From positions 160,001 to 224,000 of the IMG/VR virus record IMGVR_UViG_3300012347_000377: 64,000 nt of DNA. One strand, 5' to 3'. The position numbers and the translations under genes were made by a program. The stretch's first letter is position 1. Each line of letters opens with the position of its first letter. Shown here in pieces: positions 28,790-38,248 of this stretch. The notes beneath the pieces were generated by a model. That model was not told where the DNA came from, did not search any database, and saw nothing but the letters and a program-made list of their open reading frames with translations. The stretch comes from a virus. Its lineage: Duplodnaviria > Heunggongvirae > Uroviricota > Caudoviricetes.

Positions 28790-29227
28790 ATGTCAAACGA
28801 AAGACGAGTAATTAAAGAAACTCCCAAAACAAACTTACAAATGAATATTCTCCCAAAGGAGGATGAAATTCGTGCAATCCAATACGATAATCCAGAAGTG
28901 GTAAAACAAATCGAAGAACAATATCCTGAAACAACGGATGAGTTTAAGAGAATTATGTTTACCCAATATGAGTTATTTTGTATGAAACAATCTAATTATG
29001 GACCGGGTAATATTTCGGTAGGAACTTCATTAGAAACCGAAGATGATGTTAAATTATCCCTAACCGGTCTATGGTTCAGAATTAACGATAAGGTTCAGAG
29101 ATTGAAACAATTGGTGGTTTTGGGTAATAAAGACAACGTAGGAGAACCGATTGATGACACCTTTATGGATTTATCAGTATATGGGATTATCGCCCAAATC
29201 GTAAAAAATGGAAAATGGGCTAAATAA
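28790..29227 (+). CDS. DUF1599 / nucleotide-modification-associated domain 1 (Nmad1)-like protein
   Basis: KQSNYG...RINDKVQRL...EPIDDTFMDLSVYGII. Confidence 0.75.
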   Translation: MSNERRVIKETPKTNLQMNILPKEDEIRAIQYDNPEVVKQIEEQYPETTDEFKRIMFTQYELFCMKQSNYGPGNISVGTSLETEDDVKLSLTGLWFRINDKVQRLKQLVVLGNKDNVGEPIDDTFMDLSVYGIIAQIVKNGKWAK

Positions 29228-29241
29228 AGTCCATTTTTTTA

Positions 29242-29273
29242 TTTGGTAATGTGGAATATATTTCGTATATTTG
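29242..29273 (+). promoter_or_regulatory. Bacteroidetes-type -33/-7 promoter
   Basis: TTTG-N20-TATATTTG. Confidence 0.8.
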
Positions 29274-29297
29274 TATTATAACGCTAACATATAAACT

Positions 29298-30788
29298 ATG
29301 ACTAAATTTGAATTAAAAAATAAAAATGTATTTAAACCAAATTATTTAAATACATTGAGACAAGAATTAAGTGAAAAATATTTAATCAATCCATTTAAGA
29401 ATACATTAAATAATCCAAGCGATATTAAAATTTTAACTGCTCCAACCGGATTTGGTAAAACTTATACAATATGGAATATAATGTCACCTTTATTTTTTGA
29501 AAAATATGGATCATTACATATTCACATTGCACCTCATAAAGAAACATTAGATGAGGCTGAAATTGAGCAATATTTAGCAACTTCGTTTGAAGGTCGGCCA
29601 TATCCATTAATTAAATATAGCAATGATAAAATTGATTGGACCGTTGTTACTAATGCACTGGCCAATGGTAGAAAGGTGATTTTGGTATTGACTGACAAAA
29701 AAATTGCTGAAATGTTTAAAGATTCTTCAAATCCAATAATATTACAAATTACTAAAGATTATGGTAATAAGGTTTTAATTACACGTGACGAGTTTAGTTA
29801 TGGTAGTACCACTACACCTGATAATTATAAAAATACAAAAGGTCATCCATCTGATAAGTATTTGGGTACATATTTTAAAAATTTATACACTTTATTTAAA
29901 GCGGGAGCACATTTATATGGATTTACAGCAACTCCTACACGAGAACAATTAGGTGAATTGCCACTTGAATTTGATGAAGAAATGAAAATCATAAACGAAT
30001 GGCCTTCAAAATCTGAAATGATTTTATTTCAAAAATGGTGGGAATTATTACAAATTACTGATTATACTACACGAGATTATTCTGATATTAATATCTTAAA
30101 AAATGAAATAAAATTTTTAAGTGATGAAGTAACATTGCGAGAACGCGAATTATCACTTCTTTTAGAAGATACACCATATAATGATGCACATCCTAAATTT
30201 ACTGCAATAATGTCAGTCCAAATTGATTCAGGTAATGATAATCGATTTACCTTAAAAAAGGTTATAGATGTTGTTAAATCCGATAATACACTTATAAATA
30301 AAGATTATACATTTATAGCAACAACTGCAGAAGGTTGGATTGAATACGATTATAACGGTAATGAAACTGGCAGTCATGGAACATCCGGTGAATGGTTATC
30401 TAAAATGAACTCTCAATCAGAATCAGCTAGAATATTAGTAGTCATATATAAGGGTAATTATGGTATTAATATCCCATCATTGTGTGCAGGAGTTTCATTG
30501 AGAAATCCACTCCCTAAAACCGATGATACAAAGGAAACTATTAGAGCAGGTGGAATACAATTCATCGGTCGTTTAAATAGAACATCTTTGACTAACCATA
30601 GTTGGAATCTTTTTAAAGAATTAACCAATGAATATGGTGATGAACGAGCATGGAAATATCTTCAAATAAAAAATACTTTTAAATTCAGAGCACCAGATGG
30701 TAAAAATAATTATTGGATTGATAGTATTTCCGATTTTAAAGATAAATATGGCACATCTTTCGCAGAATTAACTACTCATTTATATTAA
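29298..30788 (+). CDS. Divergent superfamily 2 helicase/ATPase (ResIII-like)
   Basis: APTGFGKT (I), RDEF (II), FTATP (III), YGINIPSL (V), QFIGRLNR (VI). Confidence 0.75.
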   Translation: MTKFELKNKNVFKPNYLNTLRQELSEKYLINPFKNTLNNPSDIKILTAPTGFGKTYTIWNIMSPLFFEKYGSLHIHIAPHKETLDEAEIEQYLATSFEGRPYPLIKYSNDKIDWTVVTNALANGRKVILVLTDKKIAEMFKDSSNPIILQITKDYGNKVLITRDEFSYGSTTTPDNYKNTKGHPSDKYLGTYFKNLYTLFKAGAHLYGFTATPTREQLGELPLEFDEEMKIINEWPSKSEMILFQKWWELLQITDYTTRDYSDINILKNEIKFLSDEVTLRERELSLLLEDTPYNDAHPKFTAIMSVQIDSGNDNRFTLKKVIDVVKSDNTLINKDYTFIATTAEGWIEYDYNGNETGSHGTSGEWLSKMNSQSESARILVVIYKGNYGINIPSLCAGVSLRNPLPKTDDTKETIRAGGIQFIGRLNRTSLTNHSWNLFKELTNEYGDERAWKYLQIKNTFKFRAPDGKNNYWIDSISDFKDKYGTSFAELTTHLY

Positions 30789-30792
30789 TAAA

Positions 30793-30824
30793 TTAGGTTA
30801 TATCAAAATTTATTCGTATCTTTG
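30793..30824 (+). promoter_or_regulatory. Bacteroidetes-type -33/-7 promoter
   Basis: TTAG-N20-TATCTTTG. Confidence 0.75.
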
Positions 30825-31006
30825 TATAGTAAAAAAAGTTGATAATTTATTAAAAAACTTTATACGAAAATCGGTAAATCGTATATTTATATTTACACAC
30901 CGCGAGTAGGAAAGACTCGTAAATAAAACCATAAAACAAATTAATTAATTAACCCGTAACTATCTGATTATCAATCAGTTAGCTACAACTTAAAACTTTA
31001 AACAAG

Positions 31007-31834
31007 ATGGCATTAGACATTAACGCAATCAGAGGTAGACTGAACAAACTACAAAACACACAGAAAAAATCGGATGCATTATGGAAACCAACTCCTGGCA
31101 AACATCAAGTCCGAATCGTTCCTTACAAGTTCAACAAAGATAATCCATTTATCGAACTTTATTTCCACTACAACGTAAATAACAAAACTTATCTTTCACC
31201 AATTTCATTTGGAAGACCAGACCCTATCGTAGAGTTTGCTGACAAATTGAAACGTATGGGTGATAAGGAAGATTGGAAAGCAGCTAAGGCAATGGAGCCT
31301 AAGTTGAGAACCTTTGTTCCTGTAATCGTAAGAGGTGAAGAAGGTGAAGGTATTCGTTTTTGGGGATTTGGTAAGACAGTTTATCAAGAAATCTTAGGAT
31401 ACATCGCAGATCCTGATTATGGTGATATTACTGACCCAATCGAAGGTAGAGATTTAACGGTTGAATATGTATCCGCAGAAGATGCAGGAACATCTTATCC
31501 AACAACTACATTAAGAGTTAAACCAAACCAAACACCAATTTCTGAAGATTCTACAAGAGCAACTGATTTTATTGAAAATCAAACTGCAATTACTGAATTG
31601 TATCAAGAATTATCTTATGATGAATTGAAAGGTGTATTGGAAAGTTGGTTAAATCCATCTGCAACAGGTGAAACTCAATCTGAATCAAAATCAGTTAGTC
31701 AAGAAGCAATTGCACCAAAACAATCTCAACCATCAGTTGATTTAGGTGGTTCAGTTGAAATTCCATCTGCTCCGGCAGTATCGCAAACTACATCTGATGT
31801 TGAAGCAGCATTTGATGATTTATTTAACTCATAA
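31007..31834 (+). CDS. Single-stranded DNA-binding protein (T4 gp32-like)
   Basis: WKP..G...VRIVP, FWGFGKTVY, DITDPIEGRD, acidic tail AFDDLFNS; heads the replication block. Confidence 0.85.
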   Translation: MALDINAIRGRLNKLQNTQKKSDALWKPTPGKHQVRIVPYKFNKDNPFIELYFHYNVNNKTYLSPISFGRPDPIVEFADKLKRMGDKEDWKAAKAMEPKLRTFVPVIVRGEEGEGIRFWGFGKTVYQEILGYIADPDYGDITDPIEGRDLTVEYVSAEDAGTSYPTTTLRVKPNQTPISEDSTRATDFIENQTAITELYQELSYDELKGVLESWLNPSATGETQSESKSVSQEAIAPKQSQPSVDLGGSVEIPSAPAVSQTTSDVEAAFDDLFNS

Positions 31835-31847
31835 TTAAAACCATTTT

Positions 31848-32972
31848 ATGGCAAAGAAAGAAGAATTGGATTTAGCCGATATCCTAGCGGGTGAGCTAAA
31901 TAAACAATCGAAAGACCAAAAGGTAGCATTCTTTTTGGATGATGATTCGACCCCTACAAACGTTGAGGGTTGGGTTTCAACCGGATGTGCAATGTTAGAT
32001 GTAGCGATTTCAAATCGTCCTTATGGTGGTTTGCCAGTAGGTAGAATTGTTGAAGTTACGGGATTAGAACAAAGTGGTAAATCATTACTATCAGCCCACT
32101 TACTTGCGGAAACGCAGAAACAAGGTGGAGTTGCAGTATTGATTGATACGGAAACTGCAGTAAGTAGAGAATTTTTAGAAGCAATCGGTGTGGATGTGAA
32201 AAAATTACTTTATGTATCAGCAGATTCAGTTGAACAAATCTTTGACTTTACCGAAACAATCATTGAGAAAGTTAGACAAACGGATAAGAATCGTTTGGTG
32301 ACAATCGTAACCGATTCAGTTGCAGCCGCATCAACAAAAACGGAGTTAGCAGCAGATTATGGTAAAGATGGTTATGCTACCGATAAAGCAATCATCATTT
32401 CGAAAGCGATGAGAAAAATTACTAATATGATTGGAAGACAGAAAATCTTATTAGTATATACCAACCAATTACGTCAAAAGATGAACGCAATGCCGTTCGG
32501 TGACCCATGGACAACATCTGGAGGTAAAGCCTTAGCATTCCACGCATCGGTAAGATTGCGTTTGAAAGGAATGGGACAGATTAAAGTTAAGACAGGTGGT
32601 CAAGACAGAATCGTTGGTATGAAAGTTAGAGCACAAGTTGTTAAAAACAGAATGGGTCCACCATTGAGAGCAGCAGATTTTGATATTTTCTTCGATAGAG
32701 GTATTGATAATTATGGTTCATGGTTGACAGTGATGAAAGACAATAAGATTGTAAAACAATCAGGTGCATGGTATGAATATACCGATACGGATACTGGTGA
32801 AGTTATTAAATTCCAATCGAAAGATTTTGTTGATTTAATGACAACTAGAGATGATGTTAGAGAACAAATTTACAAAAAGATTTGTGAAGAAACCATCTTA
32901 CAATACAAATCTGATACATACGATGTTGAAGATATGGAAATAGAAACATCAGGTCCTGGTATGGATGATTAA
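31848..32972 (+). CDS. recA: RecA/UvsX recombinase
   Basis: GLPVGRIVEVTGLEQSGKS, DTE, DSVAA, TNQLR, SGGKALAFHASVRL, VVKNRMGPP. Confidence 0.95.
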   Translation: MAKKEELDLADILAGELNKQSKDQKVAFFLDDDSTPTNVEGWVSTGCAMLDVAISNRPYGGLPVGRIVEVTGLEQSGKSLLSAHLLAETQKQGGVAVLIDTETAVSREFLEAIGVDVKKLLYVSADSVEQIFDFTETIIEKVRQTDKNRLVTIVTDSVAAASTKTELAADYGKDGYATDKAIIISKAMRKITNMIGRQKILLVYTNQLRQKMNAMPFGDPWTTSGGKALAFHASVRLRLKGMGQIKVKTGGQDRIVGMKVRAQVVKNRMGPPLRAADFDIFFDRGIDNYGSWLTVMKDNKIVKQSGAWYEYTDTDTGEVIKFQSKDFVDLMTTRDDVREQIYKKICEETILQYKSDTYDVEDMEIETSGPGMDD

Positions 32973-32982
32973 AACAAATTAA

Positions 32983-34038
32983 ATGAAAGAACTATATAAA
33001 AATATTTTGAATTCGGTTGAACAAGAACGCAACCAAAATATCGATAAACATAAGAACTCACGGGTTCTTATTATCGATGGATTGAACACATTTATCCGAT
33101 GCTGGTCATCCATTCCTACAATGAATGATGATGGTGACCACGTTGCCGGAGTAACTGGTGTTTTGAAATCAATTGGTTACGCAATCAGACAAACTCAACC
33201 GACAAGATGTATTATTGTGTTCGATGGTAAGGGTGGTTCGCAAGAACGAAAGAAAAAGTTTAGTGGATATAAGGCAGATAGAGATAAGAACAAACTCCGA
33301 ATCAATCGGCAGTATGCTGATTTTATGACAGAAGAAGATGAAAGAGAATCAATGAAACGCCAATTCGTTTGGTTGAATGAGATTCTTAATCATTTACCGG
33401 TTACAACTATGATTTATGACGGAGTTGAAGCTGATGATGTTATGGCTTATATCGCTACTCAACTTCTAAAAGAAGACGAACAGGCGGTAGTTATGTCAAC
33501 TGATAAGGATTTCCTACAATTAGTTGATGATAAAACTATCGTCTGGTCACCCACCAAAAAGAAAATTTACAATAGAAAAGCAATTAAGGAAGAATTTGGT
33601 ATTGAATCTAAAAACTTACTCCTATATCGTGTATTAGATGGTGATAAATCAGATAATATTCCCGGAGTATATGGATGTGGTATTAAAACCCTTGTAAAGA
33701 GGTTTCCCGAGATGACTGAGGATGTTAAATTATCAGTAGATGATTTGTTTAGACTATCCGAAGAAAAGAAGTTAGAATCGAAAGGTAAGATTAAATTGTA
33801 TAGTGATATACTTGAAGCAAAACCACAAATTCTAATGAATAGGGAATTAATGCAATTAGCAGACCCCGATATTAGTGGTAGTATTAAAATGAATATTTTA
33901 GATAGATTCGGAGAACCGATTAAACCCTTAAATAAAATTGATTTTCTTAAAATTCTTTTGAAATACAAAGTTGTCAATGCATTTGGTGATATAAATGATT
34001 GGTTAAAAATCACATTTGGAAATATCATCACAGATTAA
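32983..34038 (+). CDS. 5'-3' exonuclease / flap endonuclease (T4 RNase H-like)
   Basis: IIDGLN, VFDG, EADD, STDKDFLQL, GDKSDNIPGV. Confidence 0.92.
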   Translation: MKELYKNILNSVEQERNQNIDKHKNSRVLIIDGLNTFIRCWSSIPTMNDDGDHVAGVTGVLKSIGYAIRQTQPTRCIIVFDGKGGSQERKKKFSGYKADRDKNKLRINRQYADFMTEEDERESMKRQFVWLNEILNHLPVTTMIYDGVEADDVMAYIATQLLKEDEQAVVMSTDKDFLQLVDDKTIVWSPTKKKIYNRKAIKEEFGIESKNLLLYRVLDGDKSDNIPGVYGCGIKTLVKRFPEMTEDVKLSVDDLFRLSEEKKLESKGKIKLYSDILEAKPQILMNRELMQLADPDISGSIKMNILDRFGEPIKPLNKIDFLKILLKYKVVNAFGDINDWLKITFGNIITD

Positions 34039-34040
34039 AA

Positions 34041-34072
34041 TTTGGAATTACCAAATTAATTTCGTATCTTTG
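34041..34072 (+). promoter_or_regulatory. Bacteroidetes-type -33/-7 promoter
   Basis: TTTG-N20-TATCTTTG. Confidence 0.8.
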
Positions 34073-34100
34073 TACGAACAATAAAAAAGTTATAGAATAA

Positions 34101-35459
34101 ATGCAAGAAGTAGATACTTTATCGAAATACGGACAATCATTCCAAAGTAAAGTTTTATCTGCTCTGATTACAGATGCTAAATTTTTAGATACAGTCGCTG
34201 AAATCACTACTCAAAAATTCTTTGAAAGTGAAGCAAATAAGTGGATTGTATCTGAAATTTTAGATTATCATTCAGAGTATAGAAAAGCACCCACATTGGA
34301 TGTATTCAAAGTTCAATTATCAAAGGTTGATAATGATATTTTGAAGAAAACGGTTGTTGATCAATTAAAACATATATGGACACAAGTTGGTAATGCAGAT
34401 TTAGAATACATCAAAAGTGAATTCGCCGATTTCTGTATTAACCAAAACTTAAAAGGAGTAATCTTACAATCAGTTGATTTATTAAAGGCAGGTTCTTATG
34501 ATAAAATCAAAGATTTGGTAGATAAGGCTTTGAAAGTTGGGGTTGAAAACAATTTGGGTCACGATTATATTTTAGATTTTGATGAACGTTCAACTGATGT
34601 AAAGAGAGATACTGTCCCAACTGACTGGGCTCCGGTTACCGAACTTATGGATGGTGGATTAGGACCGGGTGAGTTAGGAGTTGTTGTTGCACCATCGGGT
34701 GTTGGTAAGACTTGGATTTTAACTGCATTAGGTGCATCCGCTGTAAAACGTGGATTGAGTGTAGTTCATTATACAATGGAATTATCAGAACATTATGTAG
34801 GTGCAAGATACGATACTGTCTTTACTCATATTCCATCTGCGGATTTGAAAGAACGAACTGAAGAAGTTAAACATAAAATCGGTTCATTGAAAGGACAATT
34901 ACTTATTAAATATTATCCACCAAAAGGTGTAACGGTAAAAAAATTACAAGCACACATTGAGAAGATGATTTCATTGGGTAATAAACCAGATTTGATTATT
35001 GTGGATTATGCAGATTTACTTCTTTCACATTCATCCAAAAATGATTCAACTTATGCAGAACAAGGTGGTGTGTATATTGATTTAAGAGGTATGGGTGGTG
35101 AATTAGGTATTCCGGTCTGGACTGCATCACAAACCAATCGTTCGGCAATCGATAGTGAGGTTATTGAAGCAGATAAGATTGCTGATTCATATGCAAAGGT
35201 AATGAACGCAGATTTTATTATGAGTTGGAGTAGAAAATCCAAAGATAAACTGAATAACACTGCACGTTGTCACATTATGAAAAACAGATTCGGACAAGAT
35301 GGTATTACATTCCCTTGTAAGATGGATACTAATACGGGATTCATTGAAGTTTACGAAGGAAATACTCCAGATGGAATTCTAGCACAAAAAGAATCCGCAT
35401 CAGGTCAATTAGTTCAAAAACAACTACTACATAAAAAATATGTAGAGAATATGGGGTAA
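34101..35459 (+). CDS. dnaB: DnaB/gp41-like replicative helicase
   Basis: APSGVGKT, TMEL, IVDYADLL, WTASQTNR, KNRFG. Confidence 0.93.
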   Translation: MQEVDTLSKYGQSFQSKVLSALITDAKFLDTVAEITTQKFFESEANKWIVSEILDYHSEYRKAPTLDVFKVQLSKVDNDILKKTVVDQLKHIWTQVGNADLEYIKSEFADFCINQNLKGVILQSVDLLKAGSYDKIKDLVDKALKVGVENNLGHDYILDFDERSTDVKRDTVPTDWAPVTELMDGGLGPGELGVVVAPSGVGKTWILTALGASAVKRGLSVVHYTMELSEHYVGARYDTVFTHIPSADLKERTEEVKHKIGSLKGQLLIKYYPPKGVTVKKLQAHIEKMISLGNKPDLIIVDYADLLLSHSSKNDSTYAEQGGVYIDLRGMGGELGIPVWTASQTNRSAIDSEVIEADKIADSYAKVMNADFIMSWSRKSKDKLNNTARCHIMKNRFGQDGITFPCKMDTNTGFIEVYEGNTPDGILAQKESASGQLVQKQLLHKKYVENMG

Positions 35460-36511
35460 TGATAAACTATAACTCTTTTAACAAATTCGTAGAATATGAC
35501 CAATTAGATTTGGATTATTTTAAGGTCACTCAAAATGTTTTCAGTATAACGGATGTGGATTCTGCTTTAGAAATTATATTCCAATATCACCGAAAGCATG
35601 GGTTTCCTCATTATAATATTCCAAAACATAAAAGATTGGATGTATTAAGTGGATTACGAAAATTTGATGAACAAACTTTACTGAAAGATGGAAAAATAGA
35701 TCAAACAATGCATGGATTATCTCTTGCATGGACTTATTTTCCTCATTGGGTAGAGGTTGAGTGTGGTAATAACAAAATGAAACCAATTGAATATTGGGAG
35801 GATGATTCTAAGTTAAAGGAAATTATCCGTAAAACGTGGGATTGGCAAATTAAACATGGTAATGGTTCATTCACTCTAAATCGGTTAAGACAAAACTTTA
35901 AGATTTATGGTGGTAATCAATCAGTATCTAATTTTAGACCATCAGCAGCAAAATATATTTACAATACCTACGGAAATGGTGGAGTAGTTTGGGATATGAG
36001 TTGTGGATGGGGTGGAAGGTTGATAGGATTCCTCTCCAGTAATTGTAAAAGGTATATTGGAACAGAACCCTCAACTAAAACATTTAATGGATTAGAGAGG
36101 TTGAATGCGGAGTTAAACGATGGTAAAGAAGTTCAACTGCATCAGTTGGGTTCTGAAATCTTCAAACCCGATGAAAATTCATTAGATTTATGTTTTACAT
36201 CACCTCCATATTTTGATACTGAAAAATATTCAGATGAGGAAACCCAATCTTATAAAAAATATCCATCCGAATCCGAATGGACTAATGGGTTTTTAAAAGA
36301 TACGGTTTCTAATTGTTTTGTAGGATTAAAATCGGGTGGTAAGATGTTGTTAAATATCGCAAATACTCCTAAATACAAGACAATAGAATCTGAAACTATA
36401 AGAGTTTCTACTGAAGTTGGGTTCAAGCATATCGATACAATTTATCTGATACTTTCATCAGTTTCGGGTAAAGGTGAGAAATTAGAACCAATCTTTGTAT
36501 TTCAAAAATAA
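35459..36511 (+). CDS. Amino (N4C/N6A) DNA methyltransferase-like, paralogue 1
   Basis: NFRP, DMSCGWGGRL (SAM-binding), FTSPPYFDTEKY, EPIFVFQK. Confidence 0.8.
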   Translation: MINYNSFNKFVEYDQLDLDYFKVTQNVFSITDVDSALEIIFQYHRKHGFPHYNIPKHKRLDVLSGLRKFDEQTLLKDGKIDQTMHGLSLAWTYFPHWVEVECGNNKMKPIEYWEDDSKLKEIIRKTWDWQIKHGNGSFTLNRLRQNFKIYGGNQSVSNFRPSAAKYIYNTYGNGGVVWDMSCGWGGRLIGFLSSNCKRYIGTEPSTKTFNGLERLNAELNDGKEVQLHQLGSEIFKPDENSLDLCFTSPPYFDTEKYSDEETQSYKKYPSESEWTNGFLKDTVSNCFVGLKSGGKMLLNIANTPKYKTIESETIRVSTEVGFKHIDTIYLILSSVSGKGEKLEPIFVFQK

Positions 36512-36688
36512 AACCACTATATCAAAAAATTATTACACCTAAAATAAAAATTGAGTATAATGTAGAACAATGAAAAAGTAGAAAAAAAGTTTAAAAATTT
36601 AATTCTGTTTTTCAATATATACCATAGTTATACTCACCAACACAACAAAGTGTTGTAAACAAATGTTTAACTTAATAAAATAAATTTT

Positions 36689-36859
36689 ATGGCAAATTCA
36701 AACGAATTATTCGAACAAATGAAAGAATTATTTTCACAATTCGAAACAGAACACAACGGAACAACAAAAGCAGCTAAATCAAGAGCAAGAAAAGCAATTG
36801 GTGAGTTGAAAAAATTAGTAACAGAATACAGAAAAGTATCAGTAGAAGAAGCAAAATAA
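36689..36859 (+). CDS. Histone H1-like (Hc1) nucleoid protein, 56 aa (not in ORF track)
   Basis: MANSNELFEQMKELFSQFETEHNGTTKAAKSRARKAIGELKKLVTEYRKVSVEEAK; KAA..RARK....L.K....RK.S pattern. Confidence 0.75.
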   Translation: MANSNELFEQMKELFSQFETEHNGTTKAAKSRARKAIGELKKLVTEYRKVSVEEAK

Positions 36860-36873
36860 ATCAAGAGAGTTAT

Positions 36874-37887
36874 ATGAGCATACTATTCACAGAAAGAATA
36901 CCTTTCAAACCATTCGAATTTCCAGTATATTACACAGAGGGTTGGTTAAAACAAGCCCAAGCGTTTTGGTTGCATACCGAAATATCTATGCAAGGAGATG
37001 TTAAAGATTGGAATGAACACTTAACTAAATCCGAAAAACATTTAGTAGGTAATATTCTTTTGGGTTTTGCTCAAACCGAATGTGCCGTTTCTGATTATTG
37101 GACTGGTATGGTGACCAAATGGTTTCCAAAACACGAAATTAAACAAATGGCAATGATGTTTGGTTCTCAAGAAACTATTCATGCTACTGCATATTCTTAT
37201 TTAAACGAAACTTTAGGATTGGATGATTTCTCTGCATTCTTGCACGAACCTGCAACTGCAGAGAAATTCAATCTCTTAACAAACACAACCGCAGATTGGA
37301 CACCAACTGATTTAAATACAAATCATCTTGCAAGAGTTGAGGTTGCTAGAAGTTTAGCAATATTCTCTGCATTCTCTGAAGGTGTATCACTATATTCATC
37401 ATTCGCAGTTCTTTACTCATTCCAAATGAGAAATCTTTTAAAAGGTATTGGACAACAAATGAAATGGTCTGTAAGAGATGAATCACTACATAGTAAGATG
37501 GGGTGTCAATTATTCAGACATATGTGTGAAGAATTTCCTGAATTATTAGAAGAGGCTAAAGATTCAATTTATAAAGCAGCAAAATTAATCATTGAACTGG
37601 AACATAATTTCATTGATAAAATGTTTGAATTGGGTGATTTGGAGAATCTTAAAAAAGATGATTTAAAACATTTCATTATACAACGAGTTAATGAAAAATT
37701 GGGTGAATTGGGGTATAATCCAATTCCCGGTGGCGATGATTATTTTGAATACGATAAGAAAAAAGCAGAAAATTTAGAGTGGTTTTATCACTTAACGGGT
37801 GGAACTACCCACACCGATTTCTTCGCAGTTAGACCTACTGATTATTCAAAAGCAGGTGAAGGTGAAGATTGGGGTGATATTTTTTAA
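36874..37887 (+). CDS. nrdB: Ribonucleotide reductase class I beta subunit
   Basis: FW...EI, QETIHATAY, EGVSLYSSF, RDESLH, TDFF...TDY. Confidence 0.93.
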   Translation: MSILFTERIPFKPFEFPVYYTEGWLKQAQAFWLHTEISMQGDVKDWNEHLTKSEKHLVGNILLGFAQTECAVSDYWTGMVTKWFPKHEIKQMAMMFGSQETIHATAYSYLNETLGLDDFSAFLHEPATAEKFNLLTNTTADWTPTDLNTNHLARVEVARSLAIFSAFSEGVSLYSSFAVLYSFQMRNLLKGIGQQMKWSVRDESLHSKMGCQLFRHMCEEFPELLEEAKDSIYKAAKLIIELEHNFIDKMFELGDLENLKKDDLKHFIIQRVNEKLGELGYNPIPGGDDYFEYDKKKAENLEWFYHLTGGTTHTDFFAVRPTDYSKAGEGEDWGDIF

Positions 37888-37905
37888 ACAATAAAACAGG
37901 TTACA

Positions 37906-38247
37906 ATGACGGAATTAGAATTTTCCACAGAACCATCAGTAAATTCATTTGATATTTTAATTGATAATGTTATTGGATGGGCAGATGATAAAAACATCTT
38001 AAAAAAAGAAAATGCACCAAAACAGATGTTGAAGGTAATTGAGGAGTTAGGGGAAACCGCAGGTGCGATTGCAAAATCAAAAGAATTAGAGATTAAAGAT
38101 GGTATTGGTGATACATTCGTAACACTAATCATTCTAGCCAAACAATTGGGTTTAGAACCAGTAGATTGTTTACAGGCCGCATGGGATGAAATTAAAGATA
38201 GAAAAGGAAAGACCGTTAATGGTGTTTTCGTAAAAGAAGAAAAATAA
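37906..38247 (+). CDS. MazG-like nucleotide pyrophosphohydrolase
   Basis: KVIEELGE...DGIGD..VTL...EIKDRKG...NGVFVK. Confidence 0.85.
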   Translation: MTELEFSTEPSVNSFDILIDNVIGWADDKNILKKENAPKQMLKVIEELGETAGAIAKSKELEIKDGIGDTFVTLIILAKQLGLEPVDCLQAAWDEIKDRKGKTVNGVFVKEEK

Positions 38248-38248
38248 A

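Noticed and set aside
36512-36530. NrdR-box-like ACCACTATATC upstream of the nrd genes
   Set aside because: Only a half match with no tandem second box, and NrdR is generally absent from Bacteroidetes.
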